Notes: generated by a model not told the origin, from the letters alone. A stretch of DNA of 64,000 nt from Octopus vulgaris (GCA_951406725.2 OX597820.1:116560001-116624000), one strand, 5' to 3'. Positions 12,529-25,800 are shown, counted from the stretch's first letter. Numbers and translations are program-made.

Positions 12529-13118
12529 CTGAAGGAAAAAATAAAACAATAACAATCTAATAGACACAAATGCAAAGATGTAACAGATTAAAAGATCCAC
12601 AAAACGTTTAAATTATTGTATATATCATCATCATCATTTAATGTTCATTTTTCCATGCTGGCACAGGCTGGATGGTTTGGCAGGAACTGGTAAGTCAGAA
12701 GACAGCACCAACCACTGCTGTCTGCTTTGGCATGGGTTTCTACAGCTGGATGCCCTTCCTAATGCCGACAATTTTACAGACTGTACCGATGCAGTGAAAC
12801 TGCCAAGTAATTTGCGAGACCTGACCTCTCAGTTGAGGATGGGGATGGAATCCTTTTCTCCTTATGCAAAATGGGTTTCACAACCAAGCAGATCCAGGCT
12901 TAATGTCACTGTGTGTCTTCTATCAGAGCCATAGCTTAACTAAAGCCTTTTGATTGAAATTTGGTAGATGGAAGCCATACAGCTACAAAGCAAGTCTGTT
13001 AACCACACAGCCTGCACCCAGCATCACAATTTTACATATATTATCCCCCATATTGGTTTGGGCTGGATAGGTCATCATCATTCATATCAATTTGCAGCCA
13101 CACAGCAACAAAATAAAC

Positions 13119-13294
13119 CAGTGGTTCCCAAACTATGAGTTGTGACCCACAGATGGGTCACAAAAAGTTATAAAATTATGCATTAGCTTTGATTAACTGC
13201 TGTCTATCGAGATAGTTCAGTAGAGTTAAGTGGGTCGTCATAAACTGGTGTGATAAATAGTGGGTCGCGACTCTAAAAAGTTTGGGAACCACTG
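13119..13294. mobile_element. hAT (Charlie-like) MITE
   Basis: TIR cagtggttcccaaact / agtttgggaaccactg and a perfect 8-bp TSD aaataaac (13111-13118; 13295-13302). Confidence 0.92.
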
Positions 13295-14713
13295 AAATAA
13301 ACCAGCCAAATTTGGTACTTTTCTGACACTGTAGTCTGGATCTACCAAGCATAAATCAAACAGTTCTTTCAATCATGCATTAGTCTTTATTCAAGGTTTC
13401 TACCAAGTTACTATGCACAACCTTTTATCATTTACTTGTTTCATTCATTTGACTGTGGTCATGCTGGGGCACCACCATAAAGAATTTTAATTGAATGAAT
13501 TGCCCTCTGTACTTTTTTTAAAGTCCTGGACCTATTCTATCAGTCTCATTTACTGAACTGCTAGGCTATGGGAATGTAAACACACCAACACTGGTGAGGG
13601 AAAAAACACACACACACACACAGAGAATGGGCTTCTTTCAGTTTCCATCTCCCAAATCCACTCACAAGGCTTTGGTTGGGCCAAGGCTATAGTAGAACAC
13701 ACATACCCAAGGTGCCATGCAGTGGGACTGAACCTGGAAACAAGCTTCCTACCACACAGCTATGCCTGCACCTGCATTTCGTTTGCATGTTCTATTTTTG
13801 GCCCCACTTCCTATCAAAACCATTTAGCAGAGTTTAATGGGTATTTCATCAAGCTACCAGTACTAAAGGTTGTTCAGCGTAAAGAGGACTAAGAAGTCCT
13901 TAATCCCCTGTATTAGCCTATACTTATAGTTATCATCATGGCTGTGTGGTTAAGAGGCCTGCTTTCCGACCATGTGATCTCAGATTCAGTCCCACTGGGT
14001 GGTCCTTTGGGCAAGTGTCTTCTACCTGTATCTCCAGGCCAACCAAAGCCTTGTGAGCGGATTTGGTAGGCTGAAATTGGAAGAAGTGTGTGTGTATGTA
14101 TATTTCCACTTTGCTATAAAAAGAAAAACCTATCTGGCCATGATGAAATATAATCTTGAGAAGAAGGGCATCAGGCTGTAGAAAATCCTGCCTCAACAAG
14201 TTCTGTCTGAGCAAGTGTGGAAAAGTAGAGGTTATATAACAATGATGGTGATGATGATGATGATGTGCTAATTGATAGGAGAGCCTGCAAAGCGGTTTGC
14301 TAAGTCAGCTTCCAGTTTGTACATTCAACAGATGTAGCAGAGGACATGTGGTGATATTACATGGTTTGGCACAAAAGGATTGTCTCTGTCAAGTGAGGCA
14401 AAAATATTCTGAGAAACCATTTCTTTATGGCAATGTAGACAAAGCATATTGAGAAGTCAAGAAGTTTTGAAGAAGTTTAAGAGGAGGAGGAGGAGGAGGA
14501 GAAAGAGGATGAGGAGGAGGAAGAGGATGAGGAGGAGGAAGAGAGGCTGCTGTTAGGTCTACAGCTGCTTGTTTCCTGTCTTTATCTCCATCAATGGCTG
14601 ATTGAGATGAGACTAAACCAAAGACTAAACCAAAGTACATAGTCATCACTCGTCTTGTATGAATCAAAAGTCATTTTTTTAATGTCTCAGACATTATTTG
14701 GTAAATATTTGAA

Positions 14714-14919
14714 TTACTCTTTTACTCTTTTATTTGTTTCAGTCATTTGACTGTGGCCATGCTGGAGCACCGCCTTTAGTCGAGCAAATCGACCCCGGGA
14801 CTTATTCTTTGTAAGCCCAGTACTTATTCTATCGGTCTCTTTTGCCGAACCGCTAAGTGACGGGGACGTAAACACACCAGCATCGGTTGTCAAGCAATGC
14901 TAGGGCGATAAACACACAC

Positions 14920-14964
<45 letters not shown>

Positions 14965-15123
14965 CGACAGGCTTCTTTCAGTTTCCGTCTACCAAATCCA
15001 CTCACAAGGCATTGGTCGGCCCGGAGCTATAGCAGAAGACACTTGCCCAAGATGCCACGCAGTGGGACTGAACCCGGAACCATGTGGTTGGTTAGCAAGC
15101 TACTTACCACACAGCCACTCCTG
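14714..15123 (-). mobile_element. Family A SINE, full length
   Basis: Near-identical reverse complement of 7905-8316. Confidence 0.88.
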
Positions 15124-15382
15124 TTAGAAATAAATATTGTCACTAATTCAGGAACAAAGTGAGAACGTTTGAGGGGAGGGGTTTAGCTGATTCCAATGAC
15201 CCAAGAAAAATGACCGATACTGTATTGATGTTGAAAAGAGGCAAAGTTGACATCAACGGGATTTGAACTCACAATGTAAAGAACCAAAACAAGTGCCATA
15301 AGACATCTTGTCTGATGCTCAACAATTCAACAAATCCATCGTTTTTTTTTTTTTTGTTTTTTAATTTAAAAAAATAGTTAAT

Positions 15383-15804
15383 AGGCGTAGGAGTGGCTGT
15401 GTGGTATGTAGCTTGCTTAAGAACCACATGGTTCCGGGTTCAGTCCCACTGCGTGGCACCTTGGGCAAGTGTCTTCTACTATAGCCTCGGGCCAACCAAA
15501 GCCTTGTGAGTGGATTTGGTAGACAGAAACTGAAAGAAGCCCGTTGTATATATATATATGTATGTATATATGTGTGTGTATATATATATATGTCTGTGTG
15601 TCTATGTTTGTCCCTGCAACATTGCTTGACAACCGATGCTGGTGTGTTTACATCCCCGTAACTTAGTGGTTCGGCAAAAGAGACCGATAGAATAAGTACT
15701 AGGCTTACAAAGAATAAGTCCTGGGGTCGATTTGCCTGACTAAAGGCTATGCTCCAGCATGGCCACAGTCAAATGACTGAAACAAGTAAAGGAGTAAAGA
15801 GAGT
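15383..15804 (+). mobile_element. Family A SINE, full length
   Basis: aggcgtaggagtggctgtgtgg head through gactgaaacaagtaaagg tail. Confidence 0.88.
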
Positions 15805-16126
15805 ATCTCTCATTGCAGTCAACAGTTTCTTGTGTGGTCATATCTTTATCCTGATCAATGGCTGATATATGAACACACCTGTGAGCGTAGATATACACTT
15901 ATGTATAGAATGAGTATAGAATGAATACGATTGGTGCATTAAACAAACATCAGTTGCAGTATTTAATTCCAATGGAGTCAGCTTCCTTTATGCCAAGGTA
16001 GACGTGTCTTTTAACTCATACAACATTGATAAAATATATATCAAACCAAGTACTGAGGCTGCTATAATTGAATTAAAAGAACTCTTGAAAGTCGTGCACC
16101 AGCATGGCAGAGTCAAATGACCTTAA

Positions 16127-16346
16127 CCCTTTTGTTACCAACCCGGCCAAAACCGGCTCTGGCTCTGTAGTACAAATGTTTTGTTTTCATAAGTTTTGCA
16201 TTCAAAATATACCACTAAACCTTAGTCAGCAATTTATATTCCAATACTAGCTGAATGATAACTAAGTTATTTTACTAAATTATTTGTTATATTTAAAATA
16301 ATTGAAAGAAACAGAGCATCTCAAAATAAATACAGTAACGAAAGGG
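16127..16346. mobile_element. piggyBac-like MITE (family 1)
   Basis: TTAA flanks, TIR cccttttgttac / gtaacgaaaggg; further copies at 26429-26650 (inverted) and 53689-53904. Confidence 0.85.
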
Positions 16347-16755
16347 TTAAACATCCTCAAAATACAAGAATAGAATCTGTGTAAGGACGACTTTGGTGGA
16401 AGAAAAGTTAAAGGATAAACAGAATCTAACAACAACAAAATTCATCACCACCACCACATTCAATTGTTCAAGCCCACATGGGTCAGTTGGTATTTGCTAA
16501 GGTGGATTTTCTACAACTGGGCAGGCTTCCCCTCAAAAACTCCTTGTCTGCTCCCAAATGAGGTCATACTTTTCCGTAAGCAGATGTATTTTTCATGGAA
16601 GATTGCAAAGGATGTGGCTAGCATGATGGCGACACTCGTTGACAACATGATAGTTGTGTCAAGGCAAAGAGACAGTAATACACACGTTTGTGAGAGATGC
16701 AACGTTGAGGATGAATGAAGCCAGCTCAACCCACCCTGGGTGAATGCTGTCTCAA

Positions 16756-16791
<36 letters not shown>

Positions 16792-16884
16792 TTGGCTTTC
16801 AGATTCCATCTGCCAAATCTATTAACAAGACTTTGGTTAGCCCACAGCTAGAGTAGAAGACAGTTGTCCAAAGAGCCATGCAAA

Positions 16885-17303
16885 CGTTTCTTATTTCTTT
16901 ACTGCCCACAAGAGGCTAAACATAGAGGGGACAAGCAAGGACAGACAAATGGATTAAGTCGATTATATCAACCCCAGTGCGTAACTGGTACTTAATTTAT
17001 TAACCCTGAAAGGATGAAAGGCAAAGTTGACCTTGGCGGAATTTGAACTCAGAACGTAGTGGCAGACGAGATACCTATTTCTTTACTGCCCACGAGAGGC
17101 TAAACATAGAGGGGACAAACAAGGACAGACATAGGTATTAAGTCGATTACATCGACTCCAGTGCATAACTGGTACTTAATTTATTGACCCCGAAAGGATG
17201 AAAGGCTAAGTCGACCTCAACGAAATTTGAACTCAGAACGTAGTGGCAGACGAAATACCGCTAAGCATTTCGCCCGGCATGCTAACGTTTCTGCCAGCTT
17301 GCC
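16885..17303 (-). mobile_element. Family C tRNA-derived SINE (Meta-domain-like), tandem partial duplication
   Basis: Minus strand: ggcaagctggcagaaacgttagc...gagttcaaatt...gcctttcatcctttcggggtcaataaattaagtaccag; the ~190-bp 3' part occurs twice. Intact copy at about 56192-56422. Confidence 0.8.
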
Positions 17304-17380
17304 ACCATGCAAACATTCTTACCACACTGCCACATCTGTGTTTAATCAGAAATAGAAATTTCCTTGTGAGAACAGCTCAC

Positions 17381-17511
17381 CTTTTCATCTGTACATGTGA
17401 GAAAATGAAAGAAGACATCGCACTGAGAAATAACAGGGTGCTGAACCATTCTATTAATCCATTGCTGCAACAGTTTCATACGTTCGGAAATAAATTCTGT
17501 CTCATAACGTC
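17381..17511 (-). CDS. SH3PX1: Sorting nexin PX C-terminal exon ([G][43 protein letters not shown])
   Basis: PX helices ending HPV.S...VF.HFL; catttcag acceptor, gtgagc donor; 131 nt, phase 1-0. Confidence 0.97.
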
Positions 17512-18759
17512 CTGAAATGGGAAAAATATGTCGTTTACTTTTGTCTGTTATAAAGAATTTAGAAAGTTTGAGAGACATGAAATACACTGTTTTTAACTGT
17601 AGAACCCAAAGGGGCATAAAACTTTAAATAACACCCCGTAGATATTGAACCTTCAATTTTTTCCATTCAAGGGGATTTTTAACCCAATGTCTACATAGCT
17701 TTATCAACTTCAAGTTCTACAGTTAAAAACTGTTTACTTTGTAATCATTTTTCGTTGTTTTGCTCTTTGGAAAATAAAGTGACAGAGGAGAGAGCAGCTG
17801 GAAGAAATAGTGTCAAAAAACAGAAAGAGAAGATTATCCACATAACTAACTGTGCACAACCAACTTCATTCCATGTATTTTGGATAAATAAACTTGGAAA
17901 TGTGTAAAAAACACAAAACTTAAAAACCTCATTATCGATAGCGATATATTAGTCTGAAAATCCACAAACAATCTTAATATCAAATGTGATCTTCCAATTT
18001 ATTTGTAAAAGTGGCAACTGGAAACTTCACAACTGTTACATTGACCATATAATTACACTTTCTTGCTGATTAACCGTGTGTTTACAACAAGGAGCTATTT
18101 CAGTGTGTTACATCACTCAACATAAAGCAAAATTTGATATAACATACAGAATTCTCCAGAAAATTAAATGATTAATGATGGAAATGATTAATAGCACAAC
18201 AAAATACTAACGTATCTTATTCTTCTTCTACAAAATGGCAACACCAACCACTTCTAAGAGATTAGGCTACCATAAATCCTCAAGTATAGTCCACCCTTGA
18301 GTATAATACATTTGACCCTTCTGCCCAATCTTTTGGAAACAACTTCTCAGTCTGGGTCAGACAGGTTATCCAGCTGATGACCTCTTCCCAGTTTTTAAAT
18401 ACCTGGCGGTCCAATCTGAACCCCATAAACACACCAGCACCTTAACTGGTAGCTTTACCTGCTACAAATGGATCCAAATCACCCTTAAATATCACCCTAC
18501 TAAAAGTAGGAAGAATACTTTGGACAATATAGTTTTAGATATTTATATACTTTAACTGAAGAAAAAAAAAAGATAAGATGGATTGGTCACAACTGGAATG
18601 CCTTTTATCATTAGTCAATCTGATCAAGACTGATGTTGGATTAAACAACAACAACTACTGCAACTAGACATTACACACATTCCAAGCTGGATTGGACGGC
18701 AGAAGTTTCTCATCTCACAGATATAAATTGGTGTGATATACGAAGGCTCTACAGCAGAA

Positions 18760-19148
18760 CTCTCTCTCTCTTTTACTTGTTTCAGTCATTTGACTGCGGC
18801 CATGCTGGAGCACCACCTTTAGTCGAGCAAATCGACCCCGGGACTTATTCTCTGTAAGCCCAATACTTATTCTATCGGTCTCTTTTGCCGAACCGCTAAA
18901 CACACCAGCATTGTCAAGCAATGCTACGGGGACAAACACAGACACACAAACACATACACACACATATATATATATACATATATACGACAGGCTTCTTTCA
19001 GTTTCCGTCTACCAAATCCACTCACAAGGCTTTGGTCGGCCCGGGGCTATAACAGAAGACACTTGCCCCAGATGCCATGCAGTGGGACTGAACCCGGAAC
19101 CATATGGTTGGTTAGCAAGCTACTTACCACACAGCCACTCCTGCACCT
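18760..19148 (-). mobile_element. Family A SINE, near full length
   Basis: Same consensus. Other - copies at about 13430-13772, 28575-28975, 30555-30952, 36158-36570, 47085-47428, 50633-51052 and 62695-63033; + copies at about 36590-36905, 57133-57510 and 58561-58932. Confidence 0.88.
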
Positions 19149-19224
19149 GATTCGATATTTTTTATTGCATTTGTGAAGTTCCAAACCCTTAATTTGCAAC
19201 CAAGTGGCATGCTGGGGAAAATTA

Positions 19225-19407
<183 letters not shown>

Positions 19408-20689
19408 TTATGATGTATCTACACAGATTAGAGAGTGACAAAGACAATATTGCTTATAGAGAGAATTATAAAGAAGGGTGGTTCTAGGAGATGATCAAAT
19501 AAGCTGAGTGAGATTAATTTATAACACAGCTGGATGCTGAGAACAGGAAATGAATAGAAATTCATCATCATTAGGTGTCATCTGCTCCCAGCAGGTTCAA
19601 TATCAAGTATCTCCATTTGGGTCTTTTCCTTGCCATTCTTAGGCATTCACCGTGGGATAGTTTAGTCCAGTCCTTGATGTTAGGAAACCAGTTTGTTTGA
19701 GGTCTTCCTCTCAAGCATTTGCCATAATTCTTTCATTAACCATGGTGTGCTAGAATATTCTACACAATAATACCAGTGAAGGGAGAGAGAAATTCAAATA
19801 GGATTGATTAGTGTCAACATATGCTGTATATGTCAGGTGTAAAGTTGTTGGCAGTTAGGATTTCACTGACAAAATTTGGACAACTAAAGAAGACGATTAA
19901 GTGGGATTTCATTTCTGTACTTAATTATGGAATAAGGATTAGGGAACAGAAGAAGGTATTTGCATTTTATGTCTAAATTCCGCCCTATTATACACACATA
20001 CACATATCTGTCCCGGGTATGACTTTAAACTGCAACCAGTGGTGGGGCCCTGGTTTGGGAGTTCCAGGGTTCTGAGGAATGTGGAGCCACCTCTAAGCCA
20101 GTGTTGTTCACAGGTCTGCTCTGACATGGAATAATAGCTCCTATCAGGATCCCAACATGTTATAGAATCGCCTCCAGGAGAAGGTTGCTCAGAGACAGTC
20201 CAATAAGCCCAGAACAGATGAGGCCCTTGAGTTCCTTAGCTGCTCATGTAAGAGAAGGTAACGCCATACAAATCCTGCATCCTGACATCTACTGGGCTTG
20301 TGGTACTTATTGCACCAGACCAATACAAGTTTGAAGGACGAGACTGATTCTGCCCACTTTAATGATATTCATTGAGCAAGTTTCTCAGCAAATCAAGTTA
20401 CCAACAACTCACTTTTGGAAGTCAAAGGGCAACCGAGAAAGAGGTGATGTTGTCAGGTAGAAGATGTTACTGGAAGTTTCCAGCTTTGATCCTGCATACA
20501 GGCAGCCAGAGGGTGATGGTCCACATTTTCCACAGACCAAAAACAGATGTAGATTTTGTACATGACAAAACGAAACATTGACCTAGCCACATTGTGTAGG
20601 AGTGTCTTGCTGAACCCTCATTTGTTAAAGCAATGAGAGAGTAACACACACACATGGCCTCTAATAATCTTTCTCTCCTTCTTATAATA

Positions 20690-20945
20690 ATAATAATAAA
20701 AACATTGTGTACAGTGCTCAGGTGCACTACAACTCATCTAAAGTGTATGTATAATTAGGTGTAGTTTCGGCGGATTTCAGAAAGCATGAGGGCCTTAAAG
20801 GATGCAGTGTCATGGCAGTCAACAACTGACGCAGGCAGTTTGTTCCATGCTTCAGCTACTCTGAGCGTGAAAAAATGTTTCCAAAAGTCATGGGAGCTGT
20901 GTTGTTTTCTGACTTTGTAGGCATGTCCACATGTGTTAGACACAT
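20690..20945 (-). mobile_element. CR1/L2-type LINE 3' end
   Basis: TCGHAYKVRKQHSSHDFWKHFFTLRVAEAWNKLPASVV...SFK is a typical CR1/L2 ORF2 C-terminus, followed by an (ATT)n tail. Confidence 0.85.
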
Positions 20946-21420
20946 GGAGATCAATTCTTGGAATTGTTCTTCAGTTTCTTTCTATGAATAAATATTGCTT
21001 ATGAACTCACTGACTCACGTAGGTAAACCTTATCAGACTGAGCTGTAGTGTGCCAGCAGATTTATTAGGAACTACTCAGGGAAACGATAAGACTTAGTGT
21101 AACGATTAAAGCAGTTGAATTCAACAATGAAAATATTCAGCTTGCACAGACATGTCTAACAGGCTGTAATTAGGCTAATGGTCCTTCGTAGATTTTTAAA
21201 AACAGACTTTGTTGACACATACTCAAAATTAGTTATTTAATTAATTAAATATTTAGGTTTAATTCATTAAAATAATCCTTTACATTTAACATTAAATTGA
21301 AATAACCTGAAACAATAAAACGTCCTTGAAGCTATACATGTGAAAGTAATTTCCAAAAGTGTTTTTAAAAACAAAAAAACAAAAACAAAAAAGAATATAA
21401 AAGCATATCATGTGACTTAC

Positions 21421-21543
21421 TGAGGGAATCAGTTGGTAAGCAACAAAACTTTTTAATCCCTTCAATTTACTTTCTTTCTTTGGATCCCTCAATTCACATG
21501 TGTATTCTGATTTCATTTCCCATTCAGGACCATACATACCATT
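21421..21543 (-). CDS. SH3PX1: Sorting nexin Yoke/PX start exon (NGMYGPEWEMKSEYTCELRDPKKESKLKGLKSFVAYQLIPS)
   Basis: GP.W and DPKKESK.KG.KSF.AYQL motifs; ttttacag acceptor, gtaagt donor; 123 nt, phase 0-0. Confidence 0.96.
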
Positions 21544-22304
21544 CTGTAAAATTAGAAATAAAACCACAAAATTTTGGAACGCAATTCAATAGAATTAGTA
21601 ATGGTAAGTTTTCATGATCTCTAATTCATTCTGTCCAACACATGCAGTAAAAGAAATGCAACATGTTAGTAAAAGAAAGTGGGCAGGAGTCAGTTTTATA
21701 CTGATACATGAAACTGGTGTCCTTGAGGAAAAAAATTAACCTTTTAGCATTCAGATTATTTTCTCAAATGTAATTGTTACTTATTCACATTATTTTAAAC
21801 CAATCATGCAAATATTTTGTAGCTTTGAGGAGGTAACTTAATTTTTAGAATGATATTGTAGGTTGGTGTAAGAGACCAGATCTGACCAGTTTCAACATTA
21901 AACACCTGGAATATTTAGCCCAGATATGCTAAATGGTGATAACATAGCTACCCATTTAGTGATGCACCTGTAGTTCAAGTCTCATCAATGTCCTGTCACA
22001 ATTTAAGTTTGTATTTATAATATCAAATATAATTTTCATTAAAACTTCACAAAAATGATACAGCAATCACATTGAGGTCTTTATACAAAATGTGGCATTT
22101 TACTTCCTAGGTTTCCTCAGGTGTTTTACTTAAGCCAATCAAAGACCAATAACCTCTCGACCATTTTTGTTTTATAAACAGAAATAAAAGTTGTTTCTCT
22201 TCCTATGTTCACAGTCAGCTCCTGACAGGTATTTCATGGCACCCCAACAATTCCACAAAATGACAATTCTGCACAAGGACAAGTCAGTGCATCGTGTTTA
22301 TTTT

Positions 22305-22598
22305 TTATTTATTTATGCACCCTTTTCAAGCCTAGCCAGACTCATAGGCCTGGTTTCTATGGTGTATGTGTTCCCCCCAGGTGGACGGGACGCCAGTCCA
22401 TCACAGCGTTGCTCAAGAAACAGAAAGAAAGAGTGAGAGAGAGTTGGGGCGAAAGAGTACAACAGGGGTCGCCACCACCCCCTGCCAGAGCTTTAGGTGT
22501 TTTCGCTCAATAAACACACACAACGCCCGGTCTGGGAATCGAAACCATGATCCTCCAACCGCGAGTCCGCTGCCCTAACCCCTGGGCCATTGCGCCTC
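22305..22598 (-). mobile_element. Family D tRNA(Arg-like)-derived SINE with V-domain-like body
   Basis: Head gaggcgcaatggcccag.ggttagggcagcggactcgcgg...gtttcgattcccagacc; body contains gtgatggactggcgtcccgtcca. Confidence 0.75.
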
Positions 22599-22781
22599 GT
22601 GTTTATGCGTAAATGAAATTTAATTTCATTTATTTTGTTTTCAAATTTTCTAAACTTTTCAACTTTGTCGTTACAAACTTGTTGCTATCTCAATAACCAC
22701 TGAAGAAGTTTTAGTTTTTAAAATGTTGATAGTAAAAGATACCAGCAAATGAGTGGTAATGTTTTAGATTGTTAACACTAA

Positions 22782-23327
22782 CATCATCATCATCATCATC
22801 GTTTAACGTCTGCTTTCCATGCTAGCATGGGTTGGATGGTTCAACTGGGGTCTGGGAAGCCCGAAGGCTGCACCAGGCCAGTCAGATCTGGCAGTGTTTC
22901 TACAGCTGGATGCCCTTCCTAACGCCAATCACTCCATGAGTGTAGTGGGTGCTTTTTATGTGCCACCGACACAGGTGCCAGACGAGGCTGGTGAACGGCC
23001 ACGCTTGGATGGTGTTTTTTATGTGCCACCGACACAGGTGCCAGATGAGGCTGGCGAACGGCCATGCTCGGATGGCGTTTTTTATGCGCCACCGACACAG
23101 GTGCCAGATGAGGCTGGCGAACGGCCACTCTCGGATGGTGTTTTTTATGTGACTCCGACACAGGTGCCAGACGAGGCTGGCGAACGGCCACGCTCGGATG
23201 GTGTTTTTTATGTGACTCCGACACAGGTGCCAGATGAGGCTGGCGAACGGCCACGCTTGGATGGTGTTTTTTATGTGCCACCGACACAGGTGCCAGACGA
23301 GGCTGGCGAACGGCCACGCTCGGATTG
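22782..23327 (-). repeat. Family B retroposon with expanded 60-bp tandem array (about 6 units, ~22945-23325)
   Basis: Unit ggtgttttttatgtgccaccgacacaggtgccagacgaggctggcgaacggccacgctcggat repeats with period 60. Confidence 0.93.
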
Positions 23328-24624
23328 CAGTAAATGGTAGCGTTTTCAATTGTTAATGATCCAAAAACCTTTATTTGCTGTTTATACAAGTATACCATTT
23401 CATTACTGGTGCATCTAACGATGTCCTGCCAAGAATGATCCAAGATAAAATAAATTAAATTAAATTTCATATACACATAAACACAACCAACTGAATTGTC
23501 TTTGTACAGAATTGCTTCACACAGAATTATCAGCACTGAATTGCCACATGTAGAATTGTTGGTTCATGGTTTTTCACAGATGCTGGAAACAAACAATATC
23601 ACTTTTATGACAGTGATGCTCATTTACAAGACAATGGTACACACACACACACACACACACATAACTAGCAAACAACCCCCACCTCACTGTCCATTGGACG
23701 GTTTGTATAAGTGAAGAGGGTTAACTTGGATGGTGTAATGGATGTTTTGATCATCTGAACAGGCCATAAGAATTACAAAAATAGTGATTCTCACTTTGAA
23801 ACTGACAATTTTGAAAATCCTTTTAGATTACGGAATGCCTCGCTCTCTCATGTATCCAGGTTTAAAAGTTCAGCGTGATCAGATGAACAATACTTGAGAT
23901 ATAAGTGCACAAACAGACAGACAGAACAGTATTTATATATTATATATAGCCTGGAACTATAGTAGAAAACACTTGCCCATGGTGCTGTTAGTAATACATC
24001 TTATAACTCTGAACCTGTGAAGACCAGGAGAGAAGAAAATCCCTCACTTGCAAAACAAATTGGGGTTAGTTAACATGAAGGGCATGGGGTCCTAAAATAC
24101 TACCTCAGTTGACCTTCACCTAACCCATGCTAGCACAAAAAAGCAGACATAAAACAACTGAATGATTTATAAAACTATACTTTCCATTTATGTGCAAGTT
24201 GTAAACAATTTGTAGCTGTTTAGTTCCTATGTCAACCCAGATCAAACACACCAATGACCAAAGACATACCATCTTTATCCCAGTCGCAATGCACTCTGGA
24301 TACAGGACCTAATCATCTAACATGTCCTTTTCTAGAATGGTCTGGTGTACTTTTAGAGAGATTTGGCTGCTATTTCTGGCAGGTTAAGCAATCAAGGGAT
24401 ACTCTCATTGGATCGGTTGTAAATAGATATAGTGAGAATGTAAACACTTCAGACTAGCTAATTAAAAGTTCCTCCTGAGGAAAAACACCTATCAAAACAA
24501 TACACTTGAAACATGAGGCAAAGATTTAAAAAAAAACTAAAGATATGGAAAAAAAATAATTTAATTAATGAAATTAGAACATATACTAGAGATACCTATG
24601 ACAGCACCATCAAAATATAATAAT

Positions 24625-25085
24625 AACAATGCAAAGACCCTATGTAACTTTATGATTCAGTGCGACCATGAGATAGAGAATAAGAAACCAGACATATTGT
24701 TAATTGAGAAAGAAAGCAAATGATGCTGGATCATAAGATATAGCATGCCCAGCTGACAACAAGGTATGTGATAAGGAAGAATGAAAAGTGGATAGATATG
24801 ACAGGTTAGCTTGGGAGGTTAAGCAGTTGTGGTCACTGAAAAAGGTGGTAGTAGTACCAATAATTGTTGGAGCTCTGGGAATAGTGAGTAAAAATCTCAA
24901 GATGTACATGGAACAAATAGGGGCTGCAATAAGGGTGGAGCACTTGCAGAAAACAGCACTGCTTGGAAACGCTTGAATACTCCGGATGGTGCTCGAAAAA
25001 TAAGAGGTGTTACCTTAGTTCACGATTAGGGAACAGTAGACACTGTAGTACATCTCCAGGGTTAGAAGCAGTCCAAGGACAATAA
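24625..25085 (+). mobile_element. R4/Dong-clade non-LTR 3' end (restriction-like endonuclease), copy 1
   Basis: IQCDHEIENKKPDILLI...IDIACPAD...KVDRYDRLAWEVKQLW...VVPIIVGALG...LQKTALLG; PD-D RLE motif; TAA-rich flanks. Confidence 0.85.
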
Positions 25086-25329
25086 AATAATAATAGTAAT
25101 CCTTTCTATTATAGGCATAAGGCCTAAAATTCAGAGGAAGAGAGCTACTTGATTACATCAACCCCCAGTTCTCAACTGATTCTTATTTCATTGACCCCAA
25201 AAGGATGGAACGCAAAGTTAACCTCAGCAGCATCTGAACTCAGAACACAAAGACAAACAAAATGCCAGTAAGCATTTTGCCCAATATGCCAGAGATTCTA
25301 TCTACAAAATTAAATCCCATGATAAGTGA

Positions 25330-25800
25330 TACAGGCACCATCCAGGGGTTGTAGTAAATGGCAAGGGCATCACCATTCTCTGGAACTTCCCAATACAAAC
25401 AGACAGAAAAATTGACCTCAATTGACCAGACATTGTGATCAAGGACTACAATAGATGAACTTGTCTTGTAACAGATATGTCTGTCCCACAAAATTAAAAT
25501 GTCTCAAGAAAGGAATACAAAAGCTTTCTCACTATAAAGATCTGCAGATTGAAATCACAAAAATGTGGAAGTTTAGTACTACGATAATACCAGTAGTAAT
25601 TGGTGCATTGGGAATGGAAAAGAAGGGAGCTGAGGAGTATATTAAACAACGCCCTGGTAACTCCCATCTCCGTGAACTACAAAAGATAACCTTGATCGGT
25701 GTAGCCCATATACAACGGAAAGCACTCTCCAACTAAAATAAATGTGGTGATAATTTTAGCATGCGTAGCAAGACAAAGGTGCCCTTGCTACTCTTGGCCC
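25330..25800 (+). mobile_element. R4/Dong-clade RLE 3' end, copy 2
   Basis: ITILWNFPIQTDRK...PDIVIKD...KLSHYKDLQIEITKMWK...IIPVVIGALG...ELQKITLIG. Confidence 0.85.

Noticed and set aside
14425-14667. Pro-rich ORF as an extra exon
   Set aside because: Driven by a (GGA)n microsatellite; flanking exons 17381 and 12528 already join into contiguous conserved sequence.
22819-23536. Long overlapping ORFs (173, 149 and 205 aa) with repeated peptides; CRISPR-like periodicity
   Set aside because: Products of a 60-bp tandem repeat in a retroposon; there are no unique spacers and no cas genes, and the context is eukaryotic.
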